DNA of 63,891 nt, filler included, from Octopus bimaculoides (Eukaryota), in assembly GCF_001194135.2 (NCBI RefSeq). It is 6 parts of 5 records of this genome, joined end to end, with 100 filler letters (N's around TTAATTAATTAA, not from the genome) between each part and the next. Parts side by side here need not be neighbours in the genome. Positions count along the whole stretch, not along the records: positions 10,978 to 37,058 come from NC_068981.1; positions 37,159 to 40,796 come from NC_068983.1; 4 more parts are not named here. The stretch is one strand, 5' to 3'. The notes under the pieces are model-generated. The model was given only the letters and a program-made list of their open reading frames with translations, was not told where the DNA came from and did not search any database. Made by a program: the position numbers and the translations under genes. Below, one piece after another: positions 24,311 to 38,239 of this stretch (its first letter is position 1; each line of letters opens with the position of its first letter).

Positions 24311-27300
24311 GTAAGTCTTGTCAATATTGTCATTCTTTAGAAAAGGAATTGCATACATCTTCATGAATTTATTCATTTATCTATAGAGAAAAGTCATGCA
24401 GAATTATATATGCCTCGCATTATAGATATACATTTTATGTCTGTTACATGAACATCAACATATTTATATATTTGTGTTATCGGTACGTATAAAATATCCT
24501 AATATACTTTAGAATACTTGTGCTTTTAATATTTATGTTTCTAGGAGTTGAATTCTTATATATCCCTACTCAATTTACTAAAATTCCCATACGTTGGTAT
24601 CATATTTTTTAGTCTGTGTAATCATTCCATTGTTTTAGAGACAAGTTGAAAATATGAAGAAAAGTTGAATGCCAGAATACATGATATTTCAGAATTACAT
24701 ATTTATTTTAGTGTGTTTAAAGATGAAATATTTGACATCTTTGAAACAATTTATAATGTGAAACTTGTTCAGATACCCAGTAAAAGAGCTCCTAAACAAG
24801 CAAACATGTAAAATACGCTGCGTACATATAAATTTATAATTACTTTGTTAATAGTACAGAAAATATTGAATACATCTGATAGCATAAATACAAAATTCGA
24901 ATATGCATAGTATTTTATATATAACTTTTTTTCCATTAGAATTAAAAAAATGTGCGAGTTGTTTGCAAGACATGTTTTGTAACAAGAAAATACGATATTG
25001 TTATCAAACTTATTCTGTGATCTTTTATATGTGCTGTGAATCCCTACTGCTGCAAAATAAGCAATCCCCGCATACACTATAATTACAATTCAAGCATACT
25101 TCCTTGCAATAATTATTAGGCAAAAATACAATGCGTTCTTTGACGTCTGGCCCTGTAAAACGATGAAAGACAACTTCCATGACCATTGCTGTGTGTAAAA
25201 GACTGCTTGTGAGAAGGGGGAACTAAATTACGTTTTATATTTTTCTGAATATGAAGGTGCTCAGCAATACAGTGAGTTCTCCCCAAGTAGAAACTTTGGA
25301 CTGAATGCTAAGGTAGAGTGGAATCTACTAATGGCGTTCAAGAGCTGGTGATGTTGTTATACACAAACATATTATTTACTGCATTCTACAGATTTTCCAC
25401 AGTTTAATTCTACCGAAGTTTATTAAGAATATACAAATCTGACCAAGACTAATGTAGAAGAAATTTACTCCATGTTATAATGTTGGGGTCGAACACAGAA
25501 CGACGTGTTTACACCACACGACCATGCTTTTACAATATGTAGAAATATTTTTTTTATATTTGTTTCACCTCCACTTTTTTCTGCTATTACAAAACAATAT
25601 TCTAAGCTCTATAATTTTCATTTCAAGTATTTTGTCTCTAGGGTACGATAAGAAAAATGTATTTGTTTGAAATAAGTTTCATCAGATAAATTCCATAAAA
25701 AAATAGATTATTAATATATTTGTTTCTTCGTTTCTTTCAGAGCACAATATTTTTCTCTCATTCTTTCTTGCTGCATTTTATAAATATACTGCTATCTTCA
25801 ATTGCAGAGTACAAACAAATTCTATATCGTATTACGACTAGTCATAATGTATTGGGGAGTAATAAGAAACTAATAACTTGCTTACTGTTCAACGTAAATG
25901 TTATCTGAATGCAATATGAATATCATGGAGAAAGAGTGTACGCTTCTACTTTTCATAACGTCCAGGGATTTTTTTTTATATTGAAGTAGCTCTGCTGAAA
26001 TTCATGAAATTCCAGTGTTACAATAATTTCATATGATTAATCTCACTTTTCACCATCATTGATCAAAATGTGACACTTTTACTTGTGCAATACACCATAT
26101 AGATCTTATGACACTGTTTAGTATATTTACCTTTCATTTTTATTTCGCTGAAAGATATCGATAAAGTGTTGAAAAATATGTACAAATGGAAAATACGTAC
26201 ATATGAAATATATGTGCAGATGTAAACGCGTATATATGAAAATAATGTACATATGTACACAAATATGTACATTACCACATTACAACATTACGTAGGTGAT
26301 TCTTTATGATTATTTATTTTCTTTTATAAAATATATAACGGCGGATATCAGTTGCAACCTTTACTGCAATGTACATGTGAACACTCTTTTCAAATGTAAA
26401 AGCTTCGTGATCTCAGATTACACCGCAAACGCAGTGATATAAAGAAAAATGCACCTTGCACTAGTCTTCCATTATCAAAGTTTCACTATCACCTGCGAAA
26501 CATTCATTACTTTATCTCTACTTTGAAAGCTTGGTTCAAAATTATTCATTTTCCTAAATAATTAATCCACGGAGTGGTTTACAATTTTTCCTGTCTTGTC
26601 ACTAATCTTAAAATCTTTTAACATTTCTGTAGTAAATGAGATTAAGAAAACATTCTTCATTATTTAGTAGTGATTATGCTTTTCAAAAAGTAATATACAC
26701 CGATATCCGACGCTTGTATGGAAGAAGAACCTAGTCATTAGAAACTAACCATAACAAATACGCTGACCATAATTTTTACTTCATGCAATACCAACCTTTA
26801 ATGTGAATACAGTAGAAATTATCAGATTATTTTAAAATGGGTGAAAAGATCAACTCTCCTTGATGACTCTCTATAAAAGTTCCTTTTAAGATATGATTCT
26901 CCGTTCATTATAACGAAATGCGTCAGTAACTGTCAATTAATCTATCAGTTTCTTATGGGCAAAATTCATTATTTCCTTCAGTTTCATTACATCGTACAAA
27001 AACGAAAAAAAAAAGAAAACATCCTTGTTACTCTTTTATATTAATTTCGTTCTCCATCTACTTAAACATCATTAATACCACGAAGCAGCGCTTACATGAC
27101 ACCTCTACATCCTAGAAATAGCCACCAAATATTGTTCAAATCGCATTTAATTATATTATATAAAGAAAGTTAGATATGAGAAACGTTGCTCAAGAGACAT
27201 TATTTAGGAAGAAATTATGAGAAATTCATGGTTCATCATACGTATGATTGATCAGGTCTCAACTCGGAATAAACAACAATAGCAATTCCCATCAGATATC

Positions 27301-27977
27301 TATTCATCCGATTAATGACTATCATATTATTTCCGTCATTTGTGCCCAATCAATGAAAATAAATATATTGAATATTATATTAGTAGAAAGCCATATATTT
27401 GCAGAAGAAATATAGTCGATATAATCGACTTATTACGTATTGTTTAGACTATAATTTGGAAACTATAGTTTCGATCTCACAGGTATGGACGGAAGCGAGA
27501 TCTTGTGCGCTTTATTTCTTACAGCAAGAATGGCTAGAAAGTGTCTAACGCCGAATGCAAAGTACTGGATCTCATTATTTTTCCCGATGAAAGCACTGGT
27601 TCTCATTATTTTCCCGTTGAAAGATAGACATACAGATGGGTTATGCTCCCATATGCGCGTGTGCTATTTAATAAACACATTGTACATGTGTTATGAGCTA
27701 ATTATGGTTCCATGCCATGATAAGCAACTCAGACAGCAATTTGTAACATGTCTGGTGATTTCACATAATCCTAGGCTTTACCTACATGGCATAACAAGCT
27801 AAAACAACACGAGAGGATAAGAGAAAACACGAGAAAAGGCAAGAAGCCAGTAGATGTTTACAGGTAGACGGTTGAAAATACCGGAAAACGAAAAAGAAAA
27901 CAGAAATAAAGGAAAGAGGGAAAGAGATAGAGCTTTGTCTCTTTTGAGACAAAACCTAGAGGCTAGAGGCGTAGAGT

Positions 27978-28482
27978 CTGAGCACAGATTCTGCCGAGGT
28001 CGACTTTGTCTTTCATCCTTTCGGGGTCGATAAATTAAGTACCGGTTGCGTATTGGAGTCGATCTAATCGACTGGCCCCCGCCCCAAAGATTTCTGGCCT
28101 TGTGCCTAGAATAGAAAGAATTTGTTCCGAGTTCAAATACCACAATGCCGGCTTTGACTTCCATCCTCTCCACGTAGAGTTGGGCAACTGGGGCTGATGT
28201 AATCGACCCCCACCACAAAATTGTTCACCTTGTATTAGAATAAGAAAAGATCATTATTTATCTTTTAAGGTGTCAAGCTGGCAGAAATGTTAACATGCCG
28301 GACAAGATGCTTAACGGTGTTTTATCCGTTTTTACGTTGAGTTCAAATTCTACCAAGGCCGACTTTGCCTTTCATCGTCTCGGGGGTCGATAAAATATGT
28401 GCCAGTGAATTACCTTTGGTCGATGTATTCAACTTTCCCCTCCCCCAAATTCCAGGCCTTATGCCAATCATAGGAATGATTA
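27978..28482 (+). mobile_element. Cluster of three SINE family 2 copies or fragments in tandem
   Basis: Repeated gaggtcgactttg..catcctttcggggtcgataaa..agtacc motif blocks. Confidence 0.8.
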
Positions 28483-29040
28483 TTTATAGTTTTGCATGTA
28501 CAAAGGAAATGGTTCTCATGTTAAACCCATTATTTTTATAATAAGCCTGAACACAAACGGATGCCATCCGTCAAGCCTCCCGCCAAAGTTCTAAAGAGTA
28601 CATATTTAACCTCTTAAGATAATCAATCACCCTCATTTAAATATAATAATGCACATCATTTAAAGCTATATTTCTATTTGGTATTTGAAATCTATCAACA
28701 CTTTCAGTCAAATGTTTTTTGAGTGTTATAAAAGACAATGACCGAAAGAATGGTGCGGAAATAACACAATATCATTACTAACGGGTAAACATAAAGTGAG
28801 CAGAGTCATTTGCGCGCGTGGGTGTGTATGTTTGCCTCCGTTTATGTGATCATGCGTGTGTGGCGGGGTGCATACTTAGATATGTTTTTGTTTTTGTTTT
28901 GTTTTTTTATACTTGTGTATGCTCAAGGCTATATTTTAACATGAACCACACTGTAATGTTTCAAACAATGCAATTTAATAGCATCAGGAAGTGACTGATA
29001 TTTACTTATTTCTATATTTTCAATCTGTAAGTGTTATGAT

Positions 29041-29140
29041 TCTTTTACTCTTTTATTTGCTTCAGTCATTAGACTGCGGCCATGATGGAGCACCGCCTTG
29101 AACAATTTTCAGTCGAATGAATCGACCCCAGTATTTTTTA
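29041..29140 (-). mobile_element. CORE-like SINE family 1, 3' end before a gap
   Basis: ttcagtcattagactgcggccatgatggagcaccgccttgaa. Confidence 0.8.
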
Positions 29141-31099
29141 TTTATTCGTTTGTTCATTTATTTTTNNNNNNNNNNNNNNNNNNNNNNNNNNNNNNNNNNN
29201 NNNNNNNNNNNNNNNNNNNNNNNNNNNNNNNNNNNNNNNNNNNNNNNNNNNNNNNNNNNNNNNNNNNNNNNNNNNNNNNNNNNNNNNNNNNNNNNNNNNN
29301 NNNNNNNNNNNNNNNNNNNNNNNNNNNNNNNNNNNNNNNNNNNNNNNNNNNNNNNNNNNNNNNNNNNNNNNNNNNNNNNNNNNNNNNNNNNNNNNNNNNN
29401 NNNNNNNNNNNNNNNNNNNNNNNNNNNNNNNNNNNNNNNNNNNNNNNNNNNNNNNNNNNNNNNNNNNNNNNNNNNNNNNNNNNNNNNNNNNNNNNNNNNN
29501 NNNNNNNNNNNNNNNNNNNNNNNNNNNNNNNNNNNNNNNNNNNTAAGTTTGCATTCGTGTCACTATACTGAGTAGAGTGGTCTCATTAACCTATGTTTTG
29601 TTTTATTTCTGCAATGTTAAGCGGAATGAGAAATGAAATACGAGGAATAAAAAATTAGGAATAAAGAAATACTCCTCATGCAGAAACCTAGCTTAAAACA
29701 GGTTCCATGCCAGTCAAGGAGAAATTAACTCAGCTGCGTAAATAGCTTTAGCACAATTCGTAGAATACCATGTTTAAAAATCAAATACTGATCAAGTTAA
29801 TAATATCATTCGTAATGTTAGTAAAACATCTGTTGAGTCTAATAATTGGTTTTGATTTCTTTTTTATATCTGCCAAAGTAGTTTCACTTGTACTGTTAAC
29901 GCTCTTTAGAAGCACATTAATATTTGAACCGCCCTTTTCGACATTTTCTAAATCTAAAGCTTTATTTCTGTTGAATAAATCTTCATCATTGTTCATTTAC
30001 TAGAATTTAGCTTCTAGAATAAATTTATTTCTATAATGCCTGAAGAATTTAGAGAAAGAGATTATATTCAATAATGATAATGGCATTTCCAAACATTTGG
30101 AATGATGTTATGTGTTTCTGTTTTAATGTAATTTTAGTGTTTCAAATGTAGACTGTTGTTCTCTTAAAGTGGCCAGACTTACTACCTTCAATATTTCACT
30201 GTTGTGCGTTCTTAAAAGCTTTCCCGTAAGTTCAGAATGGTTATTTTTCTGAAATCTCATTCAGTTTTATTGTTGTGACCAGTAATAATATTGCTATGAT
30301 TAACATTGTTAATCATAGCAATATTATTAATCATAGCAATATTGCAATTCATGAAACTAGTAATTTTCAACTATTGATTGTTTCATTATCATTATTTATT
30401 ACCGACGAACTGAGGAATATACATAAAAGCTGTATATATTGAATGATTTCAATTTGAATAATTGCGTCAATTTAGTTTCATATTATTATAAATTACCTAA
30501 CATTTCCGATGTTTTGAAAGTTTTTCCATGGACATAATTTTGAGCAATCTGTAATCGCTATTTCTCTCGTAATCACGATCTAACTTGTTTATTCTAATAG
30601 CCATTACGTTCCCAAATGCTAATAAGGACTTTTTAATATGATAATAATTATTCATTTTAAGGAGAATATAAATGTAAACTTTAAAACACGTACTACATAT
30701 GTCAGAAGTTACAAGATGACTAGTCTGCAAACAACTTTTCAGACATTTACTATCTGGAATAATTTTATTAACCTTAAACATATAATAAACCGGGAGATTT
30801 TCGTCAACCTTGAACATCCTTGTGATCCGTGAACACATATACGCCTAATTTCGATTAAATATACTTTAAGCCTTAGAAATATTTTTACCTAAAATATGTC
30901 AATTAGTGAGAGCAGAACAAGTTTCAGCCTTAAAGAAATAAAACAGAAGTGATATAAATGAAACAGAGACTTCCCAGAAAAATATCAGACTATCATAGCT
31001 CGTGTAAAATATAGTTGATATAAAGGAAATTTTTAACTCAAAGCATTTGATAATTAAAAAGTAAAATATATTAATGTAAGCCAAAACTTATACGCACTC

Positions 31100-32190
31100 T
31101 TGTTACTGCAATTTATTCAACCAAATGCAAGGGTTGAATAATTAAATCATTTTTCGACATGGTTTTGTTGCTTTTCAATGCTCTTCATCCAGCAGTCCAC
31201 AAGCTTGCTTATTTCTTCGGAGAAGAAGGTTTTCGGCTAGTCACGCATGTATTTATGCGCCGCGTCCTGCACTTCCTCGTCCGAGACAAATCGACGAACT
31301 CGTAAAGGATGTTTCAGCGTTCCAAAGAGGTGATTGTCGGAGGGACGAGATCTGGGTGTATGCACGGTTTTCGAACAACTCGAAACACAATTTTTCGATG
31401 TTTTCAACGGTGTGGGCAGCTGTATGCTGGTATGCATTGTCATGCTGCACTAACATCTGATTTAACAGTAGACCTTGGCGTTTGATGCGAATTACTGGTT
31501 TTAGTTTGTTCGTCAACATTTCACTATAGTTTACACTGGTGACTCTACGCTCCTCTTTCAGGTAATGTCTCAATATAGGCCCCTCTGCCCCCACCCCTAA
31601 ATGGCTAGCGTCACCTTTTCTGTAGCAGATTGAGTCGTATTTCTATTTCGCTGGCGATTCTAGATGCTCTCACTCCATATTTTGTCTTTTAGATCTTATT
31701 TCAAAGTAATAGACCAATGTCTCATCACCTATGATCATTGTTTCCAAAAATACTTTGCAGTCGTCTTCACTGCAGACCTTCACATGATTGTGCTTACGCG
31801 CATCGGTAAGTTCTCTAGGTACCAATCTCGCAAAGACTTTACGGAAGCGAAACTTGTGAATGATATCCTATGCAGATCCATGACTATTTTGCAGAGAATG
31901 TACCACCTCATCAATTATCCCACGTCTGTTCGCCAGAACCATCTTTCAAGCTGCCATTTATACCTATCTTCACGTCAGTTTGGAGGTTTATGGGCATCCT
32001 ACTCTCTCTGCTTGTTTCACGTTTGTCCTGCAATTGAAAAAAAAGAAAATTCCTTATTCACTCATATACACCTGTACGCAGTAGAGCGCTGGACACGACA
32101 CACCTTACAACAAAAGAAATCTGATCACTGACTTTTTCCTTGGTTGATTTCACCTTGACTTCACCTTTCACAGCCGAAAAATGAAAATGT
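31100..32190 (-). mobile_element. Mariner transposase pseudogene, nearly full length
   Basis: ANRRGIIDEV, RKVFARLVPRELTD (WVPxxL motif), IIGDET, QHDNAYQHTA, PSDNHLFGTLKHPLR..RFVSDEEVQ; multiple stops and frameshifts. Confidence 0.9.
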
Positions 32191-32271
32191 GTTAGTAAAA
32201 TTAAAGCATGAAAAGAAAGCAGCATTTATATGTACATGACGAACAAAAGAGAAACAAATATTTCAAGTATA

Positions 32272-32494
32272 TTAATTATTGATTTCAAATTTTGGCAGAA
32301 AACGAGCAACTTCAAGCAGGGGGCAACTCAATTACATTGACCGCAGTGATCAACTAGTACTTATTTTATCGATCCGGAAAGAATGACAGGCAAAATTGAC
32401 CTCAGCAGAATTTAGACTCGGAACGTAAATACGGACGAAATGCCGCTAAGCATTTCGCTTGGCGTGTTAACGATTCTGCCAGCTCACCACCTTA
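32272..32494 (-). mobile_element. SINE family 2, full length
   Basis: Ends cgctaagcatttcg..ggcgtgttaacgattctgccagctcaccacctta. Confidence 0.85.
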
Positions 32495-33219
32495 ACAAAC
32501 ATATTAATATTGAGAAACATATACCATGAAGATTGAACTAATTCAAGAGAAAAAACATGGTGAACATTTACAGAACTACAACAAAGAAAATGTGTAAACA
32601 AGTGTTTCTGTGAGGAAGATCTAATACTAGAAAATTCTAAAGCTACAAATTTTAAATATCAATATCTGAAGGTGAAAAGAGTTAAAGAAAGAAATCCATA
32701 GAAATCACTTCCATAGTAAAGTGATAAAATAACATCGGCAATACAAACGTAATCATAGCCATTTTAAACGCATTGGCAACAGAATCAGACAACATTACCA
32801 GTAAAGAAATCATCTAATATTAGAAGTAGCAATAGCAGTCGCAAAGAAAATTGGATACTTTGTGAAAACTTATCAAATATTAACCCAAGCAAACAGCGTG
32901 AAAAACCAACCTACGGAAACACTACAAAAGAAAAGAAAACTTTCGATCTTTAGGAGAAAATATATGAATAAAAAATAAGTGGAATAGAGATGTATACAAC
33001 AGAAGTACCGCATAAAAAAGACCGTCTACGACCTGAGATCATTGCTGAGTAGAAAATGAAATTCAATAAGATTTCTTTGAACAACAACGGCAACAATAAC
33101 AATAACTAAAAAGAATGAAAAAATAATTACAGCAAAACAAAAAGACAAACCAAAAAAACAGCAGCAACTACATTAACGGTAAAAATTAAACTTTTTCTTA
33201 AAAATATAAGAACAAGAGC

Positions 33220-33652
33220 ACCTACTGTAAAAGAAGGAGGTTAACTGGTATAATCGATCTCAGTATTTAACTGATACTTTATTTTCGCGACCCTCAAATA
33301 ATGAAATCTCAACTTTGCTTTACTCCCTTCGAGATCGTTTGGAGAAGTACCAATGAAGTATAGGTGTCGATGGAATAGACTATGACCTTGAAATAGTTGA
33401 ACTTGTGCTTAAATCAGAAAGAAGATAACTACAAAACCAATAATAATTTTTTTTTTCAAATTTTGCCACCGGGCCAGCAATTTAGGGGAGTGGAGGTTAC
33501 TTGATTACATCGACTCCAAATCTTGACTGGTGTTATATATTATTGACTCCAAAAGGCTGAAAGCAAAATTGAGCTTGTGATTTTTAACTCAGAATGTAAA
33601 TTGTAGGAACGAATGCCGTTTTTCGATGCACTCTTAGCGATTCTGCCAATCA
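33220..33652. mobile_element. Three degraded SINE family 2 pieces in mixed orientation
   Basis: Recognisable gattacatcgactcc, aagtacca and actcagaatgtaaa blocks. Confidence 0.6.
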
Positions 33653-34682
33653 TGAACGCAAAGAATTTTACTAATATTCAATAATGAAGAACTCCAACAC
33701 TAACATTTTATGCAAATTAGAGGTGAGCATGGAGTGTTGATTAATTGCTGCTGCAGAACAATCAGAGTCAGAGAAGCGTATCGTACAATGAAATCCATAT
33801 GTTTTACAGCAGGCAAACTGTAAACCATTCAAAAATTGCAATGTGCTGAACATTTCGTTATAAGAAGATACGATCACTTCGAGCATTTACACGAGGAAGG
33901 TATGTGAACTGTTGATGCACCGAAACAACAAGCATCAAACTAAAGCGATTGTCATATGACTACGGAATTCTCTCAACCGCAGACTCAACAGAGTGGACTG
34001 GATGCATATTAGAGTGATCTCAGTATTAGAGAGGAAAGGGTGAGAATGTGGTGGAGAACAAAGAAGTGATAAATATTGAGTACAGGCAGTATATGTTTGA
34101 TAAACTTATTCGATGACATCATTTAATCATATGAATCAACATAGTCGGGACAGCTATGTGATGTGAGAATAGATTATTCGTGTGAAGGTCAGGTATATGC
34201 AGTGGCATCCCTATATACTTTGAATGTAAAGCACGATGAAGAGGGGAAATCCACTGCCTTCGTCAGTCATACCAGCAGACTTCGACCGCACATCTCTAAG
34301 CTCTCTGGTTACAACATTCAATGCCTTAGCAATTAAAGGTTAATCTGAAAACAAGACATACAGAAACAGGAAGGATTCTGTAAAGTCTATATGAATGTAA
34401 ATTGATAATTGGAGACTGAAATGTTGAGAATAAAATGTCGAATGTCATAACATTCTCTGATTTCATTTAATTCATCTCACTCGCAAAACTAGAGGCATTA
34501 CATATGATTTCAGAAGCACCAACAAGAAGCAAATACAGCAAATAATCCATACATAAAAGGAAAACAACTTAACACGATGAAACAATAGAGAGCGTTATGA
34601 AAAAAGAAAAGACTACTGTAACGAGGATAACTTCAGAGTATTAGCATATTTACGCAAGTTTGGCTACAGAAACAATGATATG

Positions 34683-34920
34683 TAAGACGGCGAGCTGACA
34701 GAAACGTTAGCAGACCAGGCGAAATGCTTAGCGGTATTTCGTCCTTCTTTACGCTCTGAGTTCAAATTCCGCCGAGGTCGACTTTGCCTTTCCTACTTCG
34801 GGGTCGATAAATTAAGTACCAGTTACGCACTGGGGTCGATGTAATCGACTTAATCACATTGTCTGTTCTTGTTTGCCCCCTCAATGTTTAACCCCTTGCA
34901 GGCAATAAAGAAATAAGAAA
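34683..34920 (+). mobile_element. SINE family 2, variant-tail subfamily, full length
   Basis: aagacggcgagctgacagaaacgttagc... ending tttgccccctcaatgtttaaccccttgcaggcaataaagaaataagaa. Confidence 0.9.
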
Positions 34921-35674
34921 CAATATGTGATGAGAATTAATGACCACCATTTGTAAGCTGAAGGTCCCATTTCAAAACACGGTTACAAAAGTATTAATGA
35001 AGATCACAGTAATTTGTTAAATAAATGATAAGAGAAATTAAGAACTATATAAAACACCGACATACATGTACTTAAGACATAATGAAATATGCAATATACT
35101 GCAAATGCAAATGTTCACCACTCAATGTCTAAAATAATACAATCTATATACATACATACATACATACATACGTACGTACAAAGTCTACTTTCCACAATTT
35201 TAAACTCGTGAGCAACTGCGTGTGTGTGTGTGTGTGTGTGNNNNNNNNNNNNNNNNNNNNNNNNNNNNNNNNNNNNNNNNNNNNNNNNNNNNNNNNNNNN
35301 NNNNNNNNNNNNNNNNNNNNNNNNNNNNNNNNNNNNNNNNNNNNNNNNNNNNNNNNNNNNNNNNNNNNNNNNNNNNNNNNNNNNNNNNNNNNNNNNNNNN
35401 NNNNNNNNNNNNNNNNNNNNNNNNNNNNNNNNNNNNNNNNNNNNNNNNNTATATATATATAGTAATAATAATAATATTATTATTATTATTAGGGATAAAA
35501 ATTTACAGGTAAGTACTCAATTAAATTCAATTTATTAAAAATTAAAATTAAATTAAGTTTCACGGTATAAATATATAGTTTTAGGGAAAAGAACCAAGGT
35601 TGTTGAACTCATCGATGAAAATCCACTGTCGCTTGGTTCTTTCCCTATGCATACATATATGTGTAGATACATAA

Positions 35675-35716
<42 letters not shown>

Positions 35717-36145
35717 GTCAGTACTTCAGATCTTTTAGTGAAAGTCTCAAATGGGAGACAATTAGATTAGCAAACCAGAAATGAACAGTGTGAAATAAAA
35801 AGAAAAGCGAAACTGCTAATATACAAAGAAAACATTTATAGAAGAAAGCAATAAAGTTATCTTTCTAACAGAGGTAAACTGCCAGAAATTTGCTCTAAGT
35901 ATTTACTAATCAAATCCGAGTACTTGACCATTACTTCATTTTGTCAGAGCCAGAATGAAGTAAACCAAGATGATTTAGAAAGGTATCTGAACTGAGAACC
36001 TAATGAACTAAAATAAATACCGCAAGATATTTTGTCTTACAGTATAACTATTCAGCCAAACCTCCACCAGAATATTTTGTGTTATCAAACTCGGAAAGCT
36101 TATACGGAGAGCCCACCTCAGTGAAAGCATGTTTTACATGCTTTT

Positions 36146-36582
36146 ATATTGGCTTAAAATTTTGGCACAAGGTCATCAAGTTCGAGGGAGGGAGTAAGTC
36201 GATTATTTCGACTCCAGTGGTCAACTAGTATTTATATTATCAGCACCGAAAGGATGAAAAGCAGAGTCAACCTCAGCAGAAGTTGAACTCAGAATGTAAA
36301 GACGGACGGAATGCCGCTACGCATTTTGCCCGGCGTCCAAACGATTCTTATTTCTTTATTGCCCACAAGGGGCTAAACATAGAGGGGGCAAACAAGGACA
36401 AACAAAGAGATAAAGTCGATTACATCGACTCCAGTACGTAACTGGTACTTAATTTATCGATCTCGAAAGGATGATAGGCAAAGTCGACCTCGGTGGAATT
36501 TGAACTCAGAACGTAACGGCAGACGAAATACCGCTAAGCATTTCGCCCGGTGTACTAACGTTTCTGCCAGCTCGCCACCTTA
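36146..36582 (-). mobile_element. Two family 2 SINEs joined head to tail (variant-tail copy at 36349-36582 against the head of 36146-36348)
   Basis: Junction aacgattct|tatttctttattgcccac. Confidence 0.85.
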
Positions 36583-36759
36583 CTTACTTTTATATTAAGA
36601 GATGAAAGCCTATCGAAGTCGATTTTGTGTTTAAATCGTCAATGAAATAAGTGAAAGTGAATATTTGAAATAATTCCAGCTATTCTTCTACCAAAATGTT
36701 CGGTCACGTAAGAATATTACCAGCCTTCATTTTAACATTTACTTGGACGACCATCTGAA

Positions 36760-36989
36760 ATATTTAGATGAAAGTCATGGGAATTCATGAATGTAGTATC
36801 TCTAATTACTTTAAAAGTTATACGTAGCAAATTAGTTTGCAGCAGTTATACACACACACACGCACACACATATATATATATATATACACACACGCACACA
36901 CATATATTTAGATGAAAGTCATGGAAATTCATGAATGTAGTACTTCTAATTACTTGAGAAGTTGTATGTAGCAAATTAATTTGCAACAG
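36760..36989. repeat. Local tandem duplication of an ~86-bp unit separated by a (CA)/(TA) tract
   Basis: atatttagatgaaagtcatgg...gtagcaaatta.tttgca.cag at 36760-36845 and 36904-36989. Confidence 0.85.
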
Positions 36990-37447
36990 GTATATATATA
37001 TATATATATATATATGCATGCATATATATACATATATATGCATTTATGTTCATATATANNNNNNNNNNNNNNNNNNNNNNNNNNNNNNNNNNNNNNNNNN
37101 NNTTAATTAATTAANNNNNNNNNNNNNNNNNNNNNNNNNNNNNNNNNNNNNNNNNNNNTATATATATATATATATGCATATATATAACAACAAGTGGGAT
37201 ATTGATGAAGTAGCGTAGATAATTGAACGATTGATTGATTAATCTATTGATTTATTGATTCATGTTTATCCTGTATGAACGAGACGTGAGACTGGCAATA
37301 ATCAATTTGAAAGTCAGGTTTAAAGGATTTATTTAATGATAATTAGCGAATAGTTATAATTCTCATTAATCTTTTTAACTCAGTCTGTTCTATTGCATAG
37401 CTTGCTTATTTGCGGCCACTTCTTTTATATCTACGCACGCACTCACG

Positions 37448-37479
<32 letters not shown>

Positions 37480-37664
37480 CACACACACACATACACACAC
37501 AAACACACTTATAAATACACACACATATACATACACATACATATACATACATTCATACATACATACATACATACATACATACATGCATGCATGCATGAAT
37601 GCATACATACATACATACATACATACATACATACATACATACATACATACATACATGCATACAT

Positions 37665-38010
37665 AGTGCATTCGGTTATGTATCAACAAATTTTCACAAA
37701 AACCTAGAAATACTCGTTTTTACAGAGAAACAGCAAAAGGAACTGATGCGAATTCTCCAAATCCAATTTATTGGTGGCACAGTGAATATGTATAAGACTT
37801 TCCAGAAATTTTCCATATGAGATTCTTATCTGAATAGATGCTCACACTTGGGTGCATGCATCGACAGATGCAAACAACACACCAACTCAGCAACATATTT
37901 ACAAACACGGGGAACTCTCTTAACTCAAAATTCTTGTTGCTTTTTTGCTTTGTTAGCGCCTGGCTTGAACTTTATCCAGAAGAACTTAAATTAAGCTCAA
38001 AGAAAAATCA
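37665..38010 (+). mobile_element. RLE-type LINE 3' end (second family), flanked by (TACA)n
   Basis: SAFGYVSTNFHKNLEILVFTEKQQKELMRILQIQFIGGTVNMYKTFQKF; 3' UTR homologous to 62784-63026. Confidence 0.65.
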
Positions 38011-38239
38011 TACATACATACATACATACATACATACCAGCATAATACATACATACATGCATACATGAAATCAACCGACTCACACATTGCAATACATTCT
38101 GTAAACAGAACAGTAAAGCAATGCGAAACTTTTAGGTTTAAAATGAGACATTGTTTTTGCTAACTACATTATAACGGTTGAACTTCGTGTCTTTTTTAGA
38201 AACTAGCTTCTTATTCAAAGGAAGAATTCAAATTATTAA

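Noticed and set aside
24766-24838. Possible terminal exon after 24310 (cttgttcag|ATACCCAG, KYPVKELLNKQTCKIRCVHINL*)
   Set aside because: Weak polypyrimidine tract and no supporting motif; cannot be excluded without RNA data
27523-27536. Strong acceptor tttatttcttacag| in phase with the previous exon
   Set aside because: Gives a stop after four codons (NKNG*); no independent support
29781-30838. Minus-strand ORFs (NNDEDLFNRNK..., MCSRITRMFKV...)
   Set aside because: No recognisable motif, in-frame stops upstream and very AT-rich; likely chance or unidentifiable TE decay
33810-33899. Good acceptor/donor pair (ttttacag|...GAAG|gtatgt)
   Set aside because: Stops in all three frames
32500-34330. 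Traces resembling an R4-type N-terminus (32.75-33.0 kb) and an RTE C-terminus (33.9-34.3 kb)
   Set aside because: Too degenerate to support by eye; needs a profile search
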